DNA from: an uncultured bacterium | Lineage (GTDB): Bacteria; Actinomycetota; Coriobacteriia; Coriobacteriales; Coriobacteriaceae | Length of the DNA: 51,814 bases | Reading direction: 5' to 3' | NCBI GenBank assembly: GCA_905216045.1 | Contig: CAJMSL010000001.1 | Coordinates: 1 to 51,814 of the forward strand | Shown: positions 1-10,233 of the stretch, in pieces | Numbering within the stretch: the stretch's first letter is position 1 | Layout: each line of letters opens with the position of its first letter | Notes under the pieces: model-generated | What the model was told of the DNA's origin: nothing | Database searches by the model: none | Seen by the model: only the letters and a program-made list of their open reading frames with translations | Translations under genes and position numbers: made by a program

Positions 1-117
1 GCCTTGAAACATGGCGGCAGTGATCTTCTGATCATGCCGCCGAAGTTGAAAGGCAGATTGCCGCTCTGGCGGGCTTGCAGCGTCAACTGGTTACGCGGGT
101 TGGTAAACCCGCGTAAC
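1..117. repeat. Structured intergenic element A, copy 1 (cut by window edge)
   Basis: GCCTT-GAAAC..GGCGGCA-g-TGATC-TTCT-GATCA-TGCCGCC-GAAGTTGA-AAGGC..GCAGCGTC..GTTACGCGGGTT/AACCCGCGTAAC; same architecture as 19931-20096 and 23370-23537. Confidence 0.85.
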
Positions 118-533
118 TACAAATCCCCGCCGGCGCCCAGCAGCTTGCGCATGACTTGCTCGGGGTTAACTGAGCCGTCGCGCGGGGCCAGGGCGGTGAT
201 CTTCTTTTGCATCTTGTACTCGTGCAGCTCGTCCTCGAGCTGGCGTACGCGGGCGCGGAGCTTCTCGTTCTCGCGTTCGCGCTCCTCGGCACGCTCCTTC
301 ATATCGAGGATGCGCACCACGCCGGCGAGGTTGATGCCCTCGTCGGTCAGTTGGTTGATGAGCTCCAGGCGCTCGATATCGGCACGCGAATACAGACGCG
401 TGTTGCCGCCCGAGCGCTGGGGATTCACCAAGCCTTTGGACTCGTAGACGCGCAGAGTCTGCGGGTGCATGCCGGTCAGCTCGGCCGCCACGCTGATCAT
501 GTACAGCGGTTTGTTCCTATTGTCCTCGGCCAT
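117..533 (-). CDS. hspR: Heat-shock repressor HspR (MerR family)
   Basis: YMISVAAELTGMHPQTLRVYE..R.S.G.TRLYS MerR HTH; last gene of dnaK-grpE-dnaJ operon. Confidence 0.93.
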   Translation of the reverse strand: MAEDNRNKPLYMISVAAELTGMHPQTLRVYESKGLVNPQRSGGNTRLYSRADIERLELINQLTDEGINLAGVVRILDMKERAEERERENEKLRARVRQLEDELHEYKMQKKITALAPRDGSVNPEQVMRKLLGAGGDL

Positions 534-605
534 GCTACCTGACCCCTTTCCGTCTCGTTATTGTCCATCATAAGCCCGTGGGCGCGGGCGTGCGCCGCGA
601 CCGCC

Positions 606-1571
606 CTAGTACGTCGCCTTGTAACGGTTGACCTTCTCGCGATAGTCGCGTGTGTCGGTCTCGCGCAGCTTGGTCATGGCATCGCGCTCGTCATCGGATA
701 GGTTCGTGGGGACCTGCACCTTGATCTCGACGAGCAGCGCGCCTGTGCGGCCACGGTGCTTAACGTCGGGCGCCCCCATTTCCTTAAAGCGGAACTTCTT
801 GCCCGTCTGGGTACCCGCGGGCACCTTCAGACGAACCGTCGCACCGCCGGGCGTCGGCACGTCCACCGTGCAGCCGAGCGCCGCCTCGTAGACCGAGACC
901 GGTACCTCCATGGTCACGTCGGCACCTTTGCGCTTAAACAGCGGGTGCTCCTCCACATGCGTGGTCACGACCAGGTCGCCGCGCTCGCCACCCGCAACGC
1001 CATACTCGCCGCGACGCTTGTAGCGCAGCTTGCCGCCGTCGACCGCACCCGCAGGCACCGAGACCGTAATGGTCTGCTGCTCACCTGTCGAGGGAATGCG
1101 ATAGGTGACCTTGTGCGTCACACCGCGAAACGCGTCCTCGGCCGTCACATCGACGGTCAGCGACAGGTCGCCGCCCTTGCGAGCACGGCTGCGGCCAGCG
1201 CCGGCACCGGCAGCGCCCGCAGCCCCGGCAAAGCCCGAGCCCCAATCGCTGCCCCAGGCGCCGTTGCCGCTAAAGATGCTGTCGAAGATGTCGCCCCAGC
1301 CGCTGGCACCCGCGCCGGCACCGTAGCCGCCGCCATACGCGCCGCCCGCGCCCGGCATACCGCCAAACATGAGCATCTGGTCGTACTCTTTGCGCTTCTT
1401 CTCGTCCGAAAGCGTCTCATAGGCCTCGCTGATCTCCTTAAACTTGGCCTCGTCGCCGCCGGCATCGGGGTGATATTTTTGCGCGAGCTTGCGAAACGCG
1501 CTCTTGATCTCTTTGTCGGAGGCGCTCTTGGATACGCCCAGGATGTCATAGAAGGTTTTGCCTGCAGCCAT
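606..1571 (-). CDS. dnaJ: DnaJ-class co-chaperone (class B, no Zn finger)
   Basis: J-domain with HPD, G/F-rich linker, C-terminal domain, no CxxCxGxG; ATG at 1571 with AGGAG RBS. Confidence 0.92.
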   Translation of the reverse strand: MAAGKTFYDILGVSKSASDKEIKSAFRKLAQKYHPDAGGDEAKFKEISEAYETLSDEKKRKEYDQMLMFGGMPGAGGAYGGGYGAGAGASGWGDIFDSIFSGNGAWGSDWGSGFAGAAGAAGAGAGRSRARKGGDLSLTVDVTAEDAFRGVTHKVTYRIPSTGEQQTITVSVPAGAVDGGKLRYKRRGEYGVAGGERGDLVVTTHVEEHPLFKRKGADVTMEVPVSVYEAALGCTVDVPTPGGATVRLKVPAGTQTGKKFRFKEMGAPDVKHRGRTGALLVEIKVQVPTNLSDDERDAMTKLRETDTRDYREKVNRYKATY

Positions 1572-1644
1572 CGTAGCTCCTCTCCTGTTACGTCCGCCGC
1601 CCATGCAGACGACGGTTCATGCTTTCATATGGCACTAGGCCAGA

Positions 1645-1674
1645 AAGGGCCCCGGGTGTTGCCCCGGGGCCCTT
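1645..1674 (-). terminator. GC-rich hairpin between grpE and dnaJ (partial terminator or stabiliser)
   Basis: AAGGGCCCCGGG/CCCGGGGCCCTT inverted repeat just after grpE stop. Confidence 0.55.
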
Positions 1675-1679
1675 CTCAA

Positions 1680-2522
1680 TTACTCCTCGGTGCTCTCGGC
1701 CGTATCGGCCGTAGCATCCTCGGGCGCCGCTTCGGGCTCCGGTGCGGGGCGCTTCTCGCCACCGTAGGTCACCGTCACCATCGCGGAACGCAGGATGCGA
1801 TCCGCCATGCGGTAGCCCTTCTGGTACACATCGTTGACGGTCTCGTCGTACTGCGACGCGTCCTCGACGCGACCCACGGCCTGGTGCTCGAGCGGATCGA
1901 ACGCCTCGCCCTTGGGGTCGATTGGCTCAACGCCCTCGTGCGCGAACACGTCGAGCAGCTTGGCATGTACCGCGTCAACGCCATCGACGAACTGCTTAAA
2001 GTCGTCGGAAAGCTCTTGACTGCGGGCATGGTCAATCGCGCGCTCGATATCGTCGATCACCGGCAACAGCGCGGTGACAAGCTTCTCGGTCGCGCGCTCG
2101 CGCTCGGCGATACGCTCATTGGCGGTGCGGCGACGGAAGTTCTCCCAGTCGGCCTGCAGACGGGCGGTGCGCTCGGTGGCGTCCTTTGCCTTGTCCTCTG
2201 CGGCCTTCTGAGCCTCTGCCGCAGCATCGAGCTCGCTGCGCACGTCGGCGAGCTCCTTTTGGGCCTGCTCGAACTTGAGCTTAAAGTCGTTGTCGGCGGC
2301 TTCCTCACCGGCGCGGATAGCAGCTTCCACCATCTCGTCCTCGGTCATCGTCGCCTCCTTGTTGGAATCCTCTACCTGGTTCTCGGCAGCCTCGGCGGCC
2401 GCGGCCTCGTTGGCCTCGGTATCGTCGACGGCCTCTACGGGAATCTTCACGTCCTTCTCCTCAGAGTCAACGGGGGCGGCGCCAGCGGCAGCCGCCTCCG
2501 TGCGAGCTTTACGGGCGGACAT
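1680..2522 (-). CDS. grpE: Nucleotide exchange factor GrpE with long acidic N-terminus
   Basis: RLQADWENFRRR, LLPVIDDIERA, FDPLEHQAV, QKGY..LRSAMVTV. Confidence 0.95.
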   Translation of the reverse strand: MSARKARTEAAAAGAAPVDSEEKDVKIPVEAVDDTEANEAAAAEAAENQVEDSNKEATMTEDEMVEAAIRAGEEAADNDFKLKFEQAQKELADVRSELDAAAEAQKAAEDKAKDATERTARLQADWENFRRRTANERIAERERATEKLVTALLPVIDDIERAIDHARSQELSDDFKQFVDGVDAVHAKLLDVFAHEGVEPIDPKGEAFDPLEHQAVGRVEDASQYDETVNDVYQKGYRMADRILRSAMVTVTYGGEKRPAPEPEAAPEDATADTAESTEE

Positions 2523-2524
2523 GA

Positions 2525-4417
2525 TTACTTGTCCTCGTCGTCCACAACCTCGTAGTCGGCGTCGACGACGTCATCATCGGCGGGCTGGGCACCGGCGGCA
2601 CCGTCGGTCTGCTGCTGAGCGTCGGCGTAGACAACCTGGGCCAGCTCGTAGGCCACGGACTGCAGGGACTCACCGGCGGCCTTGATGGCCGCGACGTCAG
2701 AGCCCTCGAGCGCCTTCTTGGCGTCGGCGATAGCGGCCTCGGCCTTGGACTTCACGTCGGCGGAAACCTTGTCACCGAGCTCGTTGAGGGTCTGCTCGGT
2801 GGAGTAGCACAGGCTGTCGGTCTGGTTGCGGACCTCGACCTCTTCCTTCTGTTTCTTGTCCTCCTCGGCATGAGCCTCGGCGTCCTTGACCATGCGATCG
2901 ACTTCGTCATCGGAAAGCGCGGTGGAGCCGGAGATGGTGATCTGCTGCTCCTTGCCGGTGCCCTTGTCCTTAGCGGAAACCTTGACGATGCCGTTGGCGT
3001 CAATGTCGAAGGTGACCTCGATCTGCGGCACGCCGCGGCGAGCAGCCGGGATGCCGGTCAGCTGGAACTTACCGAGCGACTTGTTGTCGCGGGCAAGCTC
3101 GCGCTCGCCCTGGAGCACGTTGATCTCGACGCTGGTCTGGTTGTCGGCAGCGGTGGAGTAGACCTCGGTCTTGGAGGTCGGGATCGTGGTGTTGCGGTCG
3201 ATCATCTTGGTCATGATGCCGCCCATGGTCTCGACGCCCAGCGACAGCGGGGTAACGTCGAGCAGCAGGATGCCCTCGACGTCGCCGGTGAGCACGCCGC
3301 CCTGGACGGCAGCACCGTCGGCAACGACCTCGTCGGGGTTCACGGACATGTTGGGCTGCTTGCCGGTCATGGTCTTGACGAGCTCCTGGACGGCGGGCAT
3401 ACGGGTGGAGCCGCCGACGAGGATGACCTCGGTCAGATCGGAGAGCTTAAGCTTGGCGTCGCGCAGGGCGTTGGTGACAGGCTGCTTGCAGCGCTCGAGC
3501 AGGTCGCGGGTGATCTTCTCGAACTCAGCGCGGGTCAGCGTGTAGTTGAGGTGCAGCGGGCCGGACTGGTTCATGGTAATGAACGGCAGGTTGATGGTGG
3601 TCTGCTGGGCGGCGGAGAGCTCCTTCTTGGCGTTCTCGGCAGCCTCCTTCAGACGCTGCAGGGCCATGGGGTCCTGACGCAGGTCGACACCGTTCTCCTG
3701 CTGGAACTTATCGGCCATCCAGTCGATGACGCGCTGATCCCAGTCGTCGCCGCCCAGGTGGTTGTCGCCCGAGGTGGACAGAACCTCAAACACGCCGTCG
3801 GCGAGGTCGAGGATGGAGACGTCGAAGGTGCCGCCGCCCAGGTCGAAGACCAGGATGCGCTGGTCGGTGCCCTGCTTGTCCAGGCCATAGGCAAGAGCAG
3901 CAGCGGTCGGCTCGTTAACGATACGCTTGACGTTGAGGCCGGCGATCTTACCGGCGTCCTTGGTGGCCTGACGCTGGGCGTCGTTGAAGTAGGCCGGGAC
4001 GGTGATGACGGCGTCGGTGACGGTCTCGCCCAGATACTTCTCGGCGTCGGCCTTCATCTTTGCGAGCGTCATGGCGCTCACCTGCTCGGCGGTATAATCC
4101 TTGCCCTCGATATCGACGACGGCACGGCCACCCTGGCCCTCCTTGACCTCATACGGCACGGTCTTGATCTCGGAGGTGCACTCGGAGTACTTGCGGCCCA
4201 TGAAGCGCTTGATGGAGAACACGGTGTTCTTGGGGTTGGTGACAGCCTGGTTCTTAGCGGCCTTACCCACGACGCGGTCGCCGTCGGCACGGAAGCCCAC
4301 GACGGACGGGGTGGTGCGGTCGCCCTCGGCGTTCACGATAATGGTCGGAGAACCGCCCTCGAGAACGGCCATTGCGGAGTTAGTAGTACCAAGGTCGATA
4401 CCAAGAATCTTGCCCAT
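2525..4417 (-). CDS. dnaK: Chaperone DnaK (Hsp70)
   Basis: [27 protein letters not shown] signatures. Confidence 0.99.
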   Translation of the reverse strand: MGKILGIDLGTTNSAMAVLEGGSPTIIVNAEGDRTTPSVVGFRADGDRVVGKAAKNQAVTNPKNTVFSIKRFMGRKYSECTSEIKTVPYEVKEGQGGRAVVDIEGKDYTAEQVSAMTLAKMKADAEKYLGETVTDAVITVPAYFNDAQRQATKDAGKIAGLNVKRIVNEPTAAALAYGLDKQGTDQRILVFDLGGGTFDVSILDLADGVFEVLSTSGDNHLGGDDWDQRVIDWMADKFQQENGVDLRQDPMALQRLKEAAENAKKELSAAQQTTINLPFITMNQSGPLHLNYTLTRAEFEKITRDLLERCKQPVTNALRDAKLKLSDLTEVILVGGSTRMPAVQELVKTMTGKQPNMSVNPDEVVADGAAVQGGVLTGDVEGILLLDVTPLSLGVETMGGIMTKMIDRNTTIPTSKTEVYSTAADNQTSVEINVLQGERELARDNKSLGKFQLTGIPAARRGVPQIEVTFDIDANGIVKVSAKDKGTGKEQQITISGSTALSDDEVDRMVKDAEAHAEEDKKQKEEVEVRNQTDSLCYSTEQTLNELGDKVSADVKSKAEAAIADAKKALEGSDVAAIKAAGESLQSVAYELAQVVYADAQQQTDGAAGAQPADDDVVDADYEVVDDEDK

Positions 4418-4525
4418 TAGAAATTCCCTCTCTCTTGTGCGTTTGCACCGACTCGGCGGTCTGCCGAGCGGTGTTTCGGCTTGTCTTTCAGGATGTAGTG
4501 TATCCCCTTATGGGCCGGAATATAC

Positions 4526-4553
4526 AAAATCTAAGTCAATTCATATAAGATTT
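4526..4553. promoter_or_regulatory. AT-rich imperfect palindrome upstream of dnaK, possible degenerate HAIR (HspR operator)
   Basis: AAATCTAAGTCAATTCATATAAGATTT; only partial match to CTTGAGT-N7-ACTCAAG; position fits. Confidence 0.35.
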
Positions 4554-4680
4554 CTTATTGCCAAGAGTTTAGGTTCTTAAATACGCAGGTAGATGCGCTG
4601 ATTGAGTTCTCGGCAAATCTATCGAGATCTATGTAGAGATGGCTGAGGTTTGCGTCCGGGGGTGCCTAGGGGCCGTCTTG

Positions 4681-4852
4681 CGGAAAGCCCATCCCGGTTT
4701 GAGCGTGGATTCCGGGTCGCAGTTTCCGTCTGAAGGCTCAACCGGAAACCGTATCCCGTTTTGAGAGCTGACACCGGGTCGCAGTTTCCGCTAGCGGGCC
4801 CAACCGGAAACCACGACCCGGTTTTCGGCCAAATAACGGGATGCCCTTTCCG
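4681..4852. repeat. Array of three 62-bp-period palindromic units
   Basis: CGGAAA starts at 4681, 4743, 4805; each ~48-bp unit CGGAAA..CCCG..CGGG..TTTCCG plus 14-bp spacer. Confidence 0.85.
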
Positions 4853-5075
4853 CAGGCGCGCTCAATAGCTCAATATTTCAAGTCACCTTTAGCTAACATT
4901 TGCGCAGCTCAACGGCCCCACCTGCGCGTTTTTTAGTAAACCTTGGCATACTCGGCGAACGGTATGAAGATGCCGGCCAGAGGGTATTGCAAACGGTCGC
5001 TCCCGTGGTATGTTTTTGCCCGAATCAAACCGGCGCGCATCGTCTGTAGCGTCGGTCAACAGAGAGGAAACTACC

Positions 5076-5261
5076 ATGGCTCATCCCGTAATTGATGCCG
5101 ACGAGTGCATCGCTTGTGGCGTTTGCGTCGACTCCTGCCCCGCTGGCGTTCTGGAGCTCCAGGACGTCGCTACCGTCGCTGACGAGGATTCCTGCGTCGC
5201 CTGTGGCGCTTGCCAGGACGCTTGCCCCGCCGGCGCGATCACCGAGATCGTCGAGGAGTAA
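5076..5261 (+). CDS. 2[4Fe-4S] ferredoxin
   Basis: Two CxxCxxCxxxCP motifs; GAGG RBS before ATG 5076. Confidence 0.95.
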   Translation: MAHPVIDADECIACGVCVDSCPAGVLELQDVATVADEDSCVACGACQDACPAGAITEIVEE

Positions 5262-5299
5262 CAACTCCCCCACTGCACACTCAAAAGTACACCGTGCAC

Positions 5300-5339
5300 A
5301 AAAAGGAGGCCTCCGCATCGCCGCGGAGGCCTCCTTTTG
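5300..5339. terminator. Bidirectional intrinsic terminator
   Basis: AAAAGGAGGCCTCCGC/GCGGAGGCCTCCTTTT between convergent ferredoxin and niaR. Confidence 0.85.
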
Positions 5340-5351
5340 CATTCGTCGTTA

Positions 5352-5897
5352 CTAGGACAGGCCGTCTTCGTAGGGCATTAGGTCCGCCAAGTAGCCTTTC
5401 TCCTTGAGCATCGCCTCGATCTCGTCGAGGGTCTGTTCGTCCTCCGCCGCAATGCGATGGAAGTGGTAGCCGCTGGTCACCGTCAGCAGCGGAAAGCTCT
5501 TGCCGCTCTCGATATCGCGCAGATAGCGCTCGACATCGCGACGATTGCGGATGTCCAGGTCGGCCGTAATCTTACCGTACACGCGGTGATTGACAATCAC
5601 GTTGAGCACGGCGCCGCCGGCGTCGACGATACTCGTGAGCTCATCGCCTGCCTGCTCCACGCTGTGGCGAACCTTGACCAAGCGCGTAGGCACGGCGGGG
5701 CTGCTGGGGGCCTCCTGCAGCACGTAGCCGCGGTTGGTCGCCACGATATCGTGCCCATCGGCGCGCAGCAGGGCGATGTCCTGCACCACGATCTGGCGGC
5801 TCACACCCACCTCGCGGGCAAGCGCGCTGCCCGATACGGGCCCCTTGGCCCCCTCGAGCACGGCCATGATGGCACGGCGACGCTCGCGGGCGTTCAT
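5352..5897 (-). CDS. niaR: Niacin-responsive repressor NiaR (HTH_11 + 3H domain)
   Basis: VSRQIVVQDIALLR HTH, H..H.VYG..GYHFH 3H histidines; in nad operon. Confidence 0.92.
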   Translation of the reverse strand: MNARERRRAIMAVLEGAKGPVSGSALAREVGVSRQIVVQDIALLRADGHDIVATNRGYVLQEAPSSPAVPTRLVKVRHSVEQAGDELTSIVDAGGAVLNVIVNHRVYGKITADLDIRNRRDVERYLRDIESGKSFPLLTVTSGYHFHRIAAEDEQTLDEIEAMLKEKGYLADLMPYEDGLS

Positions 5898-6757
5898 TAT
5901 TTACCGTCCAGCAGACGCAGGTGCTTAAGCGAGAGATCGAGGATCGGCGCGGAGTGCGTCAGGGCGCCCGAGCTAATGAAGTCAACGCCCAGGTCGGCCA
6001 GGGCGCGAATGTTGTTGGCGTCCACGTTGCCCGAGCACTCGGTCTTGGCGCGACCGGCGATAAGCTCTATGGCGGCGGCCATGTCGTCATGGGTCATGTT
6101 GTCGAACATGATGATATCGGCACCGGCCTCCACGGCCTCGCGCACCATGTCCAGGTTCTCGCACTCGATCTCGACCGTCGTGGTAAACGACGCATGAGCG
6201 CGCGCCATCTCGATCGCGCGTGCCACGCCACCGGCGGCGTCGATGTGGTTGTCCTTGAGCATGACAGCCGTCGACAGGTTATAGCGGTGGTTGCTGCCAC
6301 CGCCGATCTCAACTGCCGCCTTTTCAAACACACGCATGCCCGGTGTGGTCTTGCGCGTGTCGACAAGCACGGTCTTGGTGCCCTCGAGCGCAGCCGCCAT
6401 CCGATGCGTGTAGGTAGCGATGCCGCTCATGCGTTGCAGGTAGTTGAGCGCCACGCGCTCGCCCGAAAGCAGCACACGCGCATCGCCGCGCACCTGACCC
6501 ACGTGGTCGCCGGCATGCACCTCGTCACCGTCGGCAACATCAAACAGCACCGAGCTCTGCGAATCCAGCAGTTCAAAGGTGCGAGCGAACACATCCAGGC
6601 CGGCGATGATGCCATCGGCTTTGGCGATAAGCTCCACCGTGGCGGGACGCGCCGTGGGGCACACGCTCGCCGTGCTCACGTCCTCAAACGTAATGTCCTC
6701 GCGCAGGGCCTGCAGAATCAGATCATCGACGACGAGCTTCATGGTAATGGGATTCAT
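5897..6757 (-). CDS. nadC: Quinolinate phosphoribosyltransferase
   Basis: DTRKTTPG, NHR, LKDNH, GALTHSA..D.SL. Confidence 0.97.
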   Translation of the reverse strand: MNPITMKLVVDDLILQALREDITFEDVSTASVCPTARPATVELIAKADGIIAGLDVFARTFELLDSQSSVLFDVADGDEVHAGDHVGQVRGDARVLLSGERVALNYLQRMSGIATYTHRMAAALEGTKTVLVDTRKTTPGMRVFEKAAVEIGGGSNHRYNLSTAVMLKDNHIDAAGGVARAIEMARAHASFTTTVEIECENLDMVREAVEAGADIIMFDNMTHDDMAAAIELIAGRAKTECSGNVDANNIRALADLGVDFISSGALTHSAPILDLSLKHLRLLDGK

Positions 6758-6760
6758 GGT

Positions 6761-8137
6761 CTACTCCTCCACGGCCTGCGTGCCGGCGGCACGGGCCAAA
6801 TCATCGATTGCCAGGGTGTCGGCGCCCAGGGCGCGATGACGGCCATCGAGCGCGGGATCGCCCGCCTGCTCCACGGCCAGCGACTCGCCGGTACGCATGT
6901 ACCACGCGGCGCGACGACCCCAGACCAGTGCTTCGAGCAGACTGTTTGATGCAAGGCGGTTCTTGCCATGAACGCCGTTGCAAGCCGTCTCGCCCGCGGC
7001 GTAGAGCTCGGGCATCGAAGTGCGGCCGTCCTTGTCGACCCACACGCCGCCCATAAAGTAGTGCTGCGTGGGCGTAACGGGGATGGGCTCGTCCAAGATG
7101 TCGCGGCCGTCCTCCAGACAGCGCGCGCGGATATTGGCAAAGTGCCCGGTCACCACGTCGCGCTCGACGGGGGCAAAGCTCAGCCACTCGTGCTCGGTAC
7201 CGTCCTGCTTCATCTGCTCGCGGATGGCGGCGGCGACAACGTCGCGCGGCTGCAACTCGTCGGTAAAACGCTCGCCGGCGGCGTTGAGCAAAATCGCGCC
7301 CTCGCCGCGGCAGCTCTCGCTGATCAGGAACGTGCGACCCGGCTGCGGCGAGAACAGACCCGTGGGATGGATCTGCACGTAGTCCAGGTGCTCCATCTTA
7401 ATGCCATGCTCCTGAGCGATGTAGCAGGCGTCGCCCGTGAGCTGCGGGTAGTTGGTCGAGTGGTCGTACACGCCGCCAATGCCACCCGTCGCCCACAGCG
7501 TGTGGCGGGCATGGATCTTAAACGGCTTACCGGCATGCACGCCCTCAGCGGCATTTGCCAGCTCGTCGGCGGGGCGAACCGAGTTGTCCTCGTCCACGGC
7601 TACGGCGACGACGCCGGTGCACACCGTGGCGCCATCGCGCTCGGCGGTCAGGATGTCGGTCATGGCAACGTGTTCGAGAATCTGCACGTTGTCCAGCTTG
7701 CGGACAGCCTGAAGCAGCTTGGTCGTAATCTCCTTGCCGGTGATATCGGCATGGAAGGCAATGCGCGGACGGCTGTGCGCGCCCTCGCGGGTAAAGTCGA
7801 GGCTGCCGTCGGCCTTGCGCTCAAAATCCACGCCCATCGCTAGCAGGTCGTTGATGACCGAGCGGCTCGAGCGAATCATGATGTCGACGCTCTCGCGGCG
7901 GTTCTCGTAATGGCCGGCGTGCATGGTGTCCTCAAAGAAGGCGTCGTAGTCCGAGCCTTCGGGCAGCACGCAGATGCCGCCCTGCGCGAGCATCGAATCG
8001 CACTCGTCGACAGCGCCCTTGGAGAGCATGATCACGCGCGTGCTCGTCGGCAGGTTGAGAGCTGCATACAGGCCCGCCACGCCGCAGCCGGCAATAACGA
8101 CGTCGCACTCCATATCGGGGTATTGCTTGGTTTCCAC
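6761..8137 (-). CDS. nadB: L-aspartate oxidase
   Basis: GxGxAG FAD site, AQGGI, REGAHS, QIHPT, HYFMGG, GVHGKNRLASNSLLE; GTG 8137 chosen by RBS (start uncertain). Confidence 0.95.
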   Translation of the reverse strand: METKQYPDMECDVVIAGCGVAGLYAALNLPTSTRVIMLSKGAVDECDSMLAQGGICVLPEGSDYDAFFEDTMHAGHYENRRESVDIMIRSSRSVINDLLAMGVDFERKADGSLDFTREGAHSRPRIAFHADITGKEITTKLLQAVRKLDNVQILEHVAMTDILTAERDGATVCTGVVAVAVDEDNSVRPADELANAAEGVHAGKPFKIHARHTLWATGGIGGVYDHSTNYPQLTGDACYIAQEHGIKMEHLDYVQIHPTGLFSPQPGRTFLISESCRGEGAILLNAAGERFTDELQPRDVVAAAIREQMKQDGTEHEWLSFAPVERDVVTGHFANIRARCLEDGRDILDEPIPVTPTQHYFMGGVWVDKDGRTSMPELYAAGETACNGVHGKNRLASNSLLEALVWGRRAAWYMRTGESLAVEQAGDPALDGRHRALGADTLAIDDLARAAGTQAVEE

Positions 8138-8192
8138 AGGAATCCTCTCCCTTGAATGTGACATAAGGGACCGTCCCTCATGCAACATTGTT

Positions 8193-9218
8193 CTAGCGTG
8201 CTGCGTACTCGAGCATACGGTCGAGCGTGAGCTTGGCCTGGTCTGCTGCCTCGTCCGAGACGCCGATCTGCACCTCGCCCTCGCCCGTCTCCAGGCAGCG
8301 CACGAGCTTCTCGAGCGTGATGAGATCCATGTTGACGCAGGTGGGCTGCACCACGGGGAAGTAGAACTTCTTGCCGGTGCCCTGGCAGCGGCGCTCGAGC
8401 TCGTAGAGCACGCCGCGGACCGTCACGATAATGAACTCGCTCGCGTCGGACTCCTCGGCATACTTGATGATGCCGGCGGTGGAGCCGATGTAGTCGGCCT
8501 CGGCCAGGACGTCGGCCTTGCACTCGGGGTGCGCCAGCACGAGCGCGTCGGGGTGGGCCTCCGTCGCGTCGACGATCTGCTCGACGGTGATGATGTGATG
8601 GCGCGGGCAGTAGCCGTTGTTGAGGATGACGTGCTTTTGCGGCACCTGCTCGGCTACGAAGCGTCCCAGGTTTTGGTCGGGAATGAACAAAATATGCTGC
8701 TGCGGCAGCTCGGACACGATCTTAACGGCGTTGGAACTGGTGACGCACACGTCGCTCCAGCTCTTGATCTCGACCGTGGAGTTGACGTAGCACACCACGG
8801 CCAGGTCGTCGCCGTACTCGGCGCGCGCCGCGTCGACCGTCTCGCGCTTGACCATGTGCGCCATGGGACAGTCCGCGCCCGGCTCGGGCAGCAGCACGGT
8901 CTTAGTGGGATTGAGCAGCTTGGCGCTCTCGCCCATAAACTCCACGCCGCACAACACGATGGTCTGCTGCGGCAGGCTTTTGGCGAGCTTTGCCAGGTAG
9001 AAGCTGTCGCCGACGTAATCGGCAACGGCTTGGACCTCGGGCGCCACGTAATAGTGCGCCAGGATCACCGCGTCACGTTGGGTTTTTAGTTGCTGAATGG
9101 CCTCGACGAGCTCTGCGGGCACCAGTGCCGCACGCTCCGTTGCCGTCGTTGCCGATGCCAAGCCGGCCGCGATATCGCGTGCAAGCTCCGACGCATCCAT
9201 GTTCGCGCTCTGTGCCAT
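8193..9218 (-). CDS. nadA: Quinolinate synthase
   Basis: ILAHYY, GDS, CGVEFM, CPMA, YVNS, HPEC, C..M Fe-S cysteines. Confidence 0.97.
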   Translation of the reverse strand: MAQSANMDASELARDIAAGLASATTATERAALVPAELVEAIQQLKTQRDAVILAHYYVAPEVQAVADYVGDSFYLAKLAKSLPQQTIVLCGVEFMGESAKLLNPTKTVLLPEPGADCPMAHMVKRETVDAARAEYGDDLAVVCYVNSTVEIKSWSDVCVTSSNAVKIVSELPQQHILFIPDQNLGRFVAEQVPQKHVILNNGYCPRHHIITVEQIVDATEAHPDALVLAHPECKADVLAEADYIGSTAGIIKYAEESDASEFIIVTVRGVLYELERRCQGTGKKFYFPVVQPTCVNMDLITLEKLVRCLETGEGEVQIGVSDEAADQAKLTLDRMLEYAAR

Positions 9219-9259
9219 CAAGGCCCCTCTCTTTTGGCGAATCTTGGGGCTTTAGTATG

Positions 9260-9303
9260 ACACCTAGGTTTACAGCTGACAAGACAGCTGTAAACCTAGG
9301 TGT
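9260..9303. promoter_or_regulatory. NiaR operator within a perfect 19-bp-arm palindrome
   Basis: ACACCTAGGTTTACAGCTG-acaaga-CAGCTGTAAACCTAGGTGT; core resembles the Firmicutes NiaR box TACAGGTGTCTTGACACCTGTA; ~40 bp upstream of nadA. Confidence 0.8.
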
Positions 9304-9510
9304 AAAGTTGAAATAAAGATTCAATCATGTGGCAGGTCCATATTCGAACTGGCAAGCTGAGGATAGCTGAGCTCTCGATAGCGCAGGAAGCATCTTTCGC
9401 CACCGCAATACCGCTCGGCGCGAGTTGCACGCCGTGGGGCGCAAACGGTCCGCACCCCCGCAAGCGGCGCGTGCCCGATGTGGCAAAATCGAACTACTTA
9501 AGGGGGCCGA

Positions 9511-10233
9511 ATGCTCAAGATTATTGCCTGCGACGATGATGTCGCTTTTCTAGATAGACTGCACCGGATGATCGACCGTTGGTCGACCGAGACGGGCACG
9601 GCGGTCGATGTTGCGCTCGTCACGCGCGGCGAGGACCTGCTGGCCCGCCATGCCGCATCGCGCGCCGACATCATTCTGCTCGACATGATCATGCCGCTCG
9701 TCAACGGCATGGACACCGCACGCGAACTGCGCCAGGCCGACACCGCCGTGCGCCTGGTGTTCCTCACCTCGTCGCCCGAGTTCGCGCTGGAATCCTACGA
9801 GGTCCGCGCCTTCGACTATCTGCTCAAGCCCGTGACTTACGAACGCCTGGCGCGATTACTCGACGAGCTTTCGAGCATGCGCCCGGCGGCAACCGACGAG
9901 CTCGTGATCAAAACTTCCTTTGGCTACCACGCCCTGCGCCTGTCCGACATCGAATATGCCGAGGCGCGCAACAAGCACGTGGTCTTCCACCTGCGCGACG
10001 GACGCGATATCGAGGCACTCGAGTCGTTCCGCAGCGTCGAGGACCGCTTGGAGCAAAACGCGGTCTTCTTTAAATGCCACCGCAGCTACCAGGTCAACCT
10101 GCGCAATATCGATCACTTTGACCGCACGGACATCGTCATGCGCTCGGGCGCGTGCATCCCGCTTTCGCGCAGCTGCAAGCAGGGATTCCAAGACGCCTAC
10201 TTTGCGGCGCGCTTTGAGGGTGGGAGACACTGA
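9511..10233 (+). CDS. LytTR-family response regulator
   Basis: REC (DDD, LLDM.M, DYLLKP) plus LytTR (FFKCHRSY.VNL). Confidence 0.93.
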   Translation: MLKIIACDDDVAFLDRLHRMIDRWSTETGTAVDVALVTRGEDLLARHAASRADIILLDMIMPLVNGMDTARELRQADTAVRLVFLTSSPEFALESYEVRAFDYLLKPVTYERLARLLDELSSMRPAATDELVIKTSFGYHALRLSDIEYAEARNKHVVFHLRDGRDIEALESFRSVEDRLEQNAVFFKCHRSYQVNLRNIDHFDRTDIVMRSGACIPLSRSCKQGFQDAYFAARFEGGRH

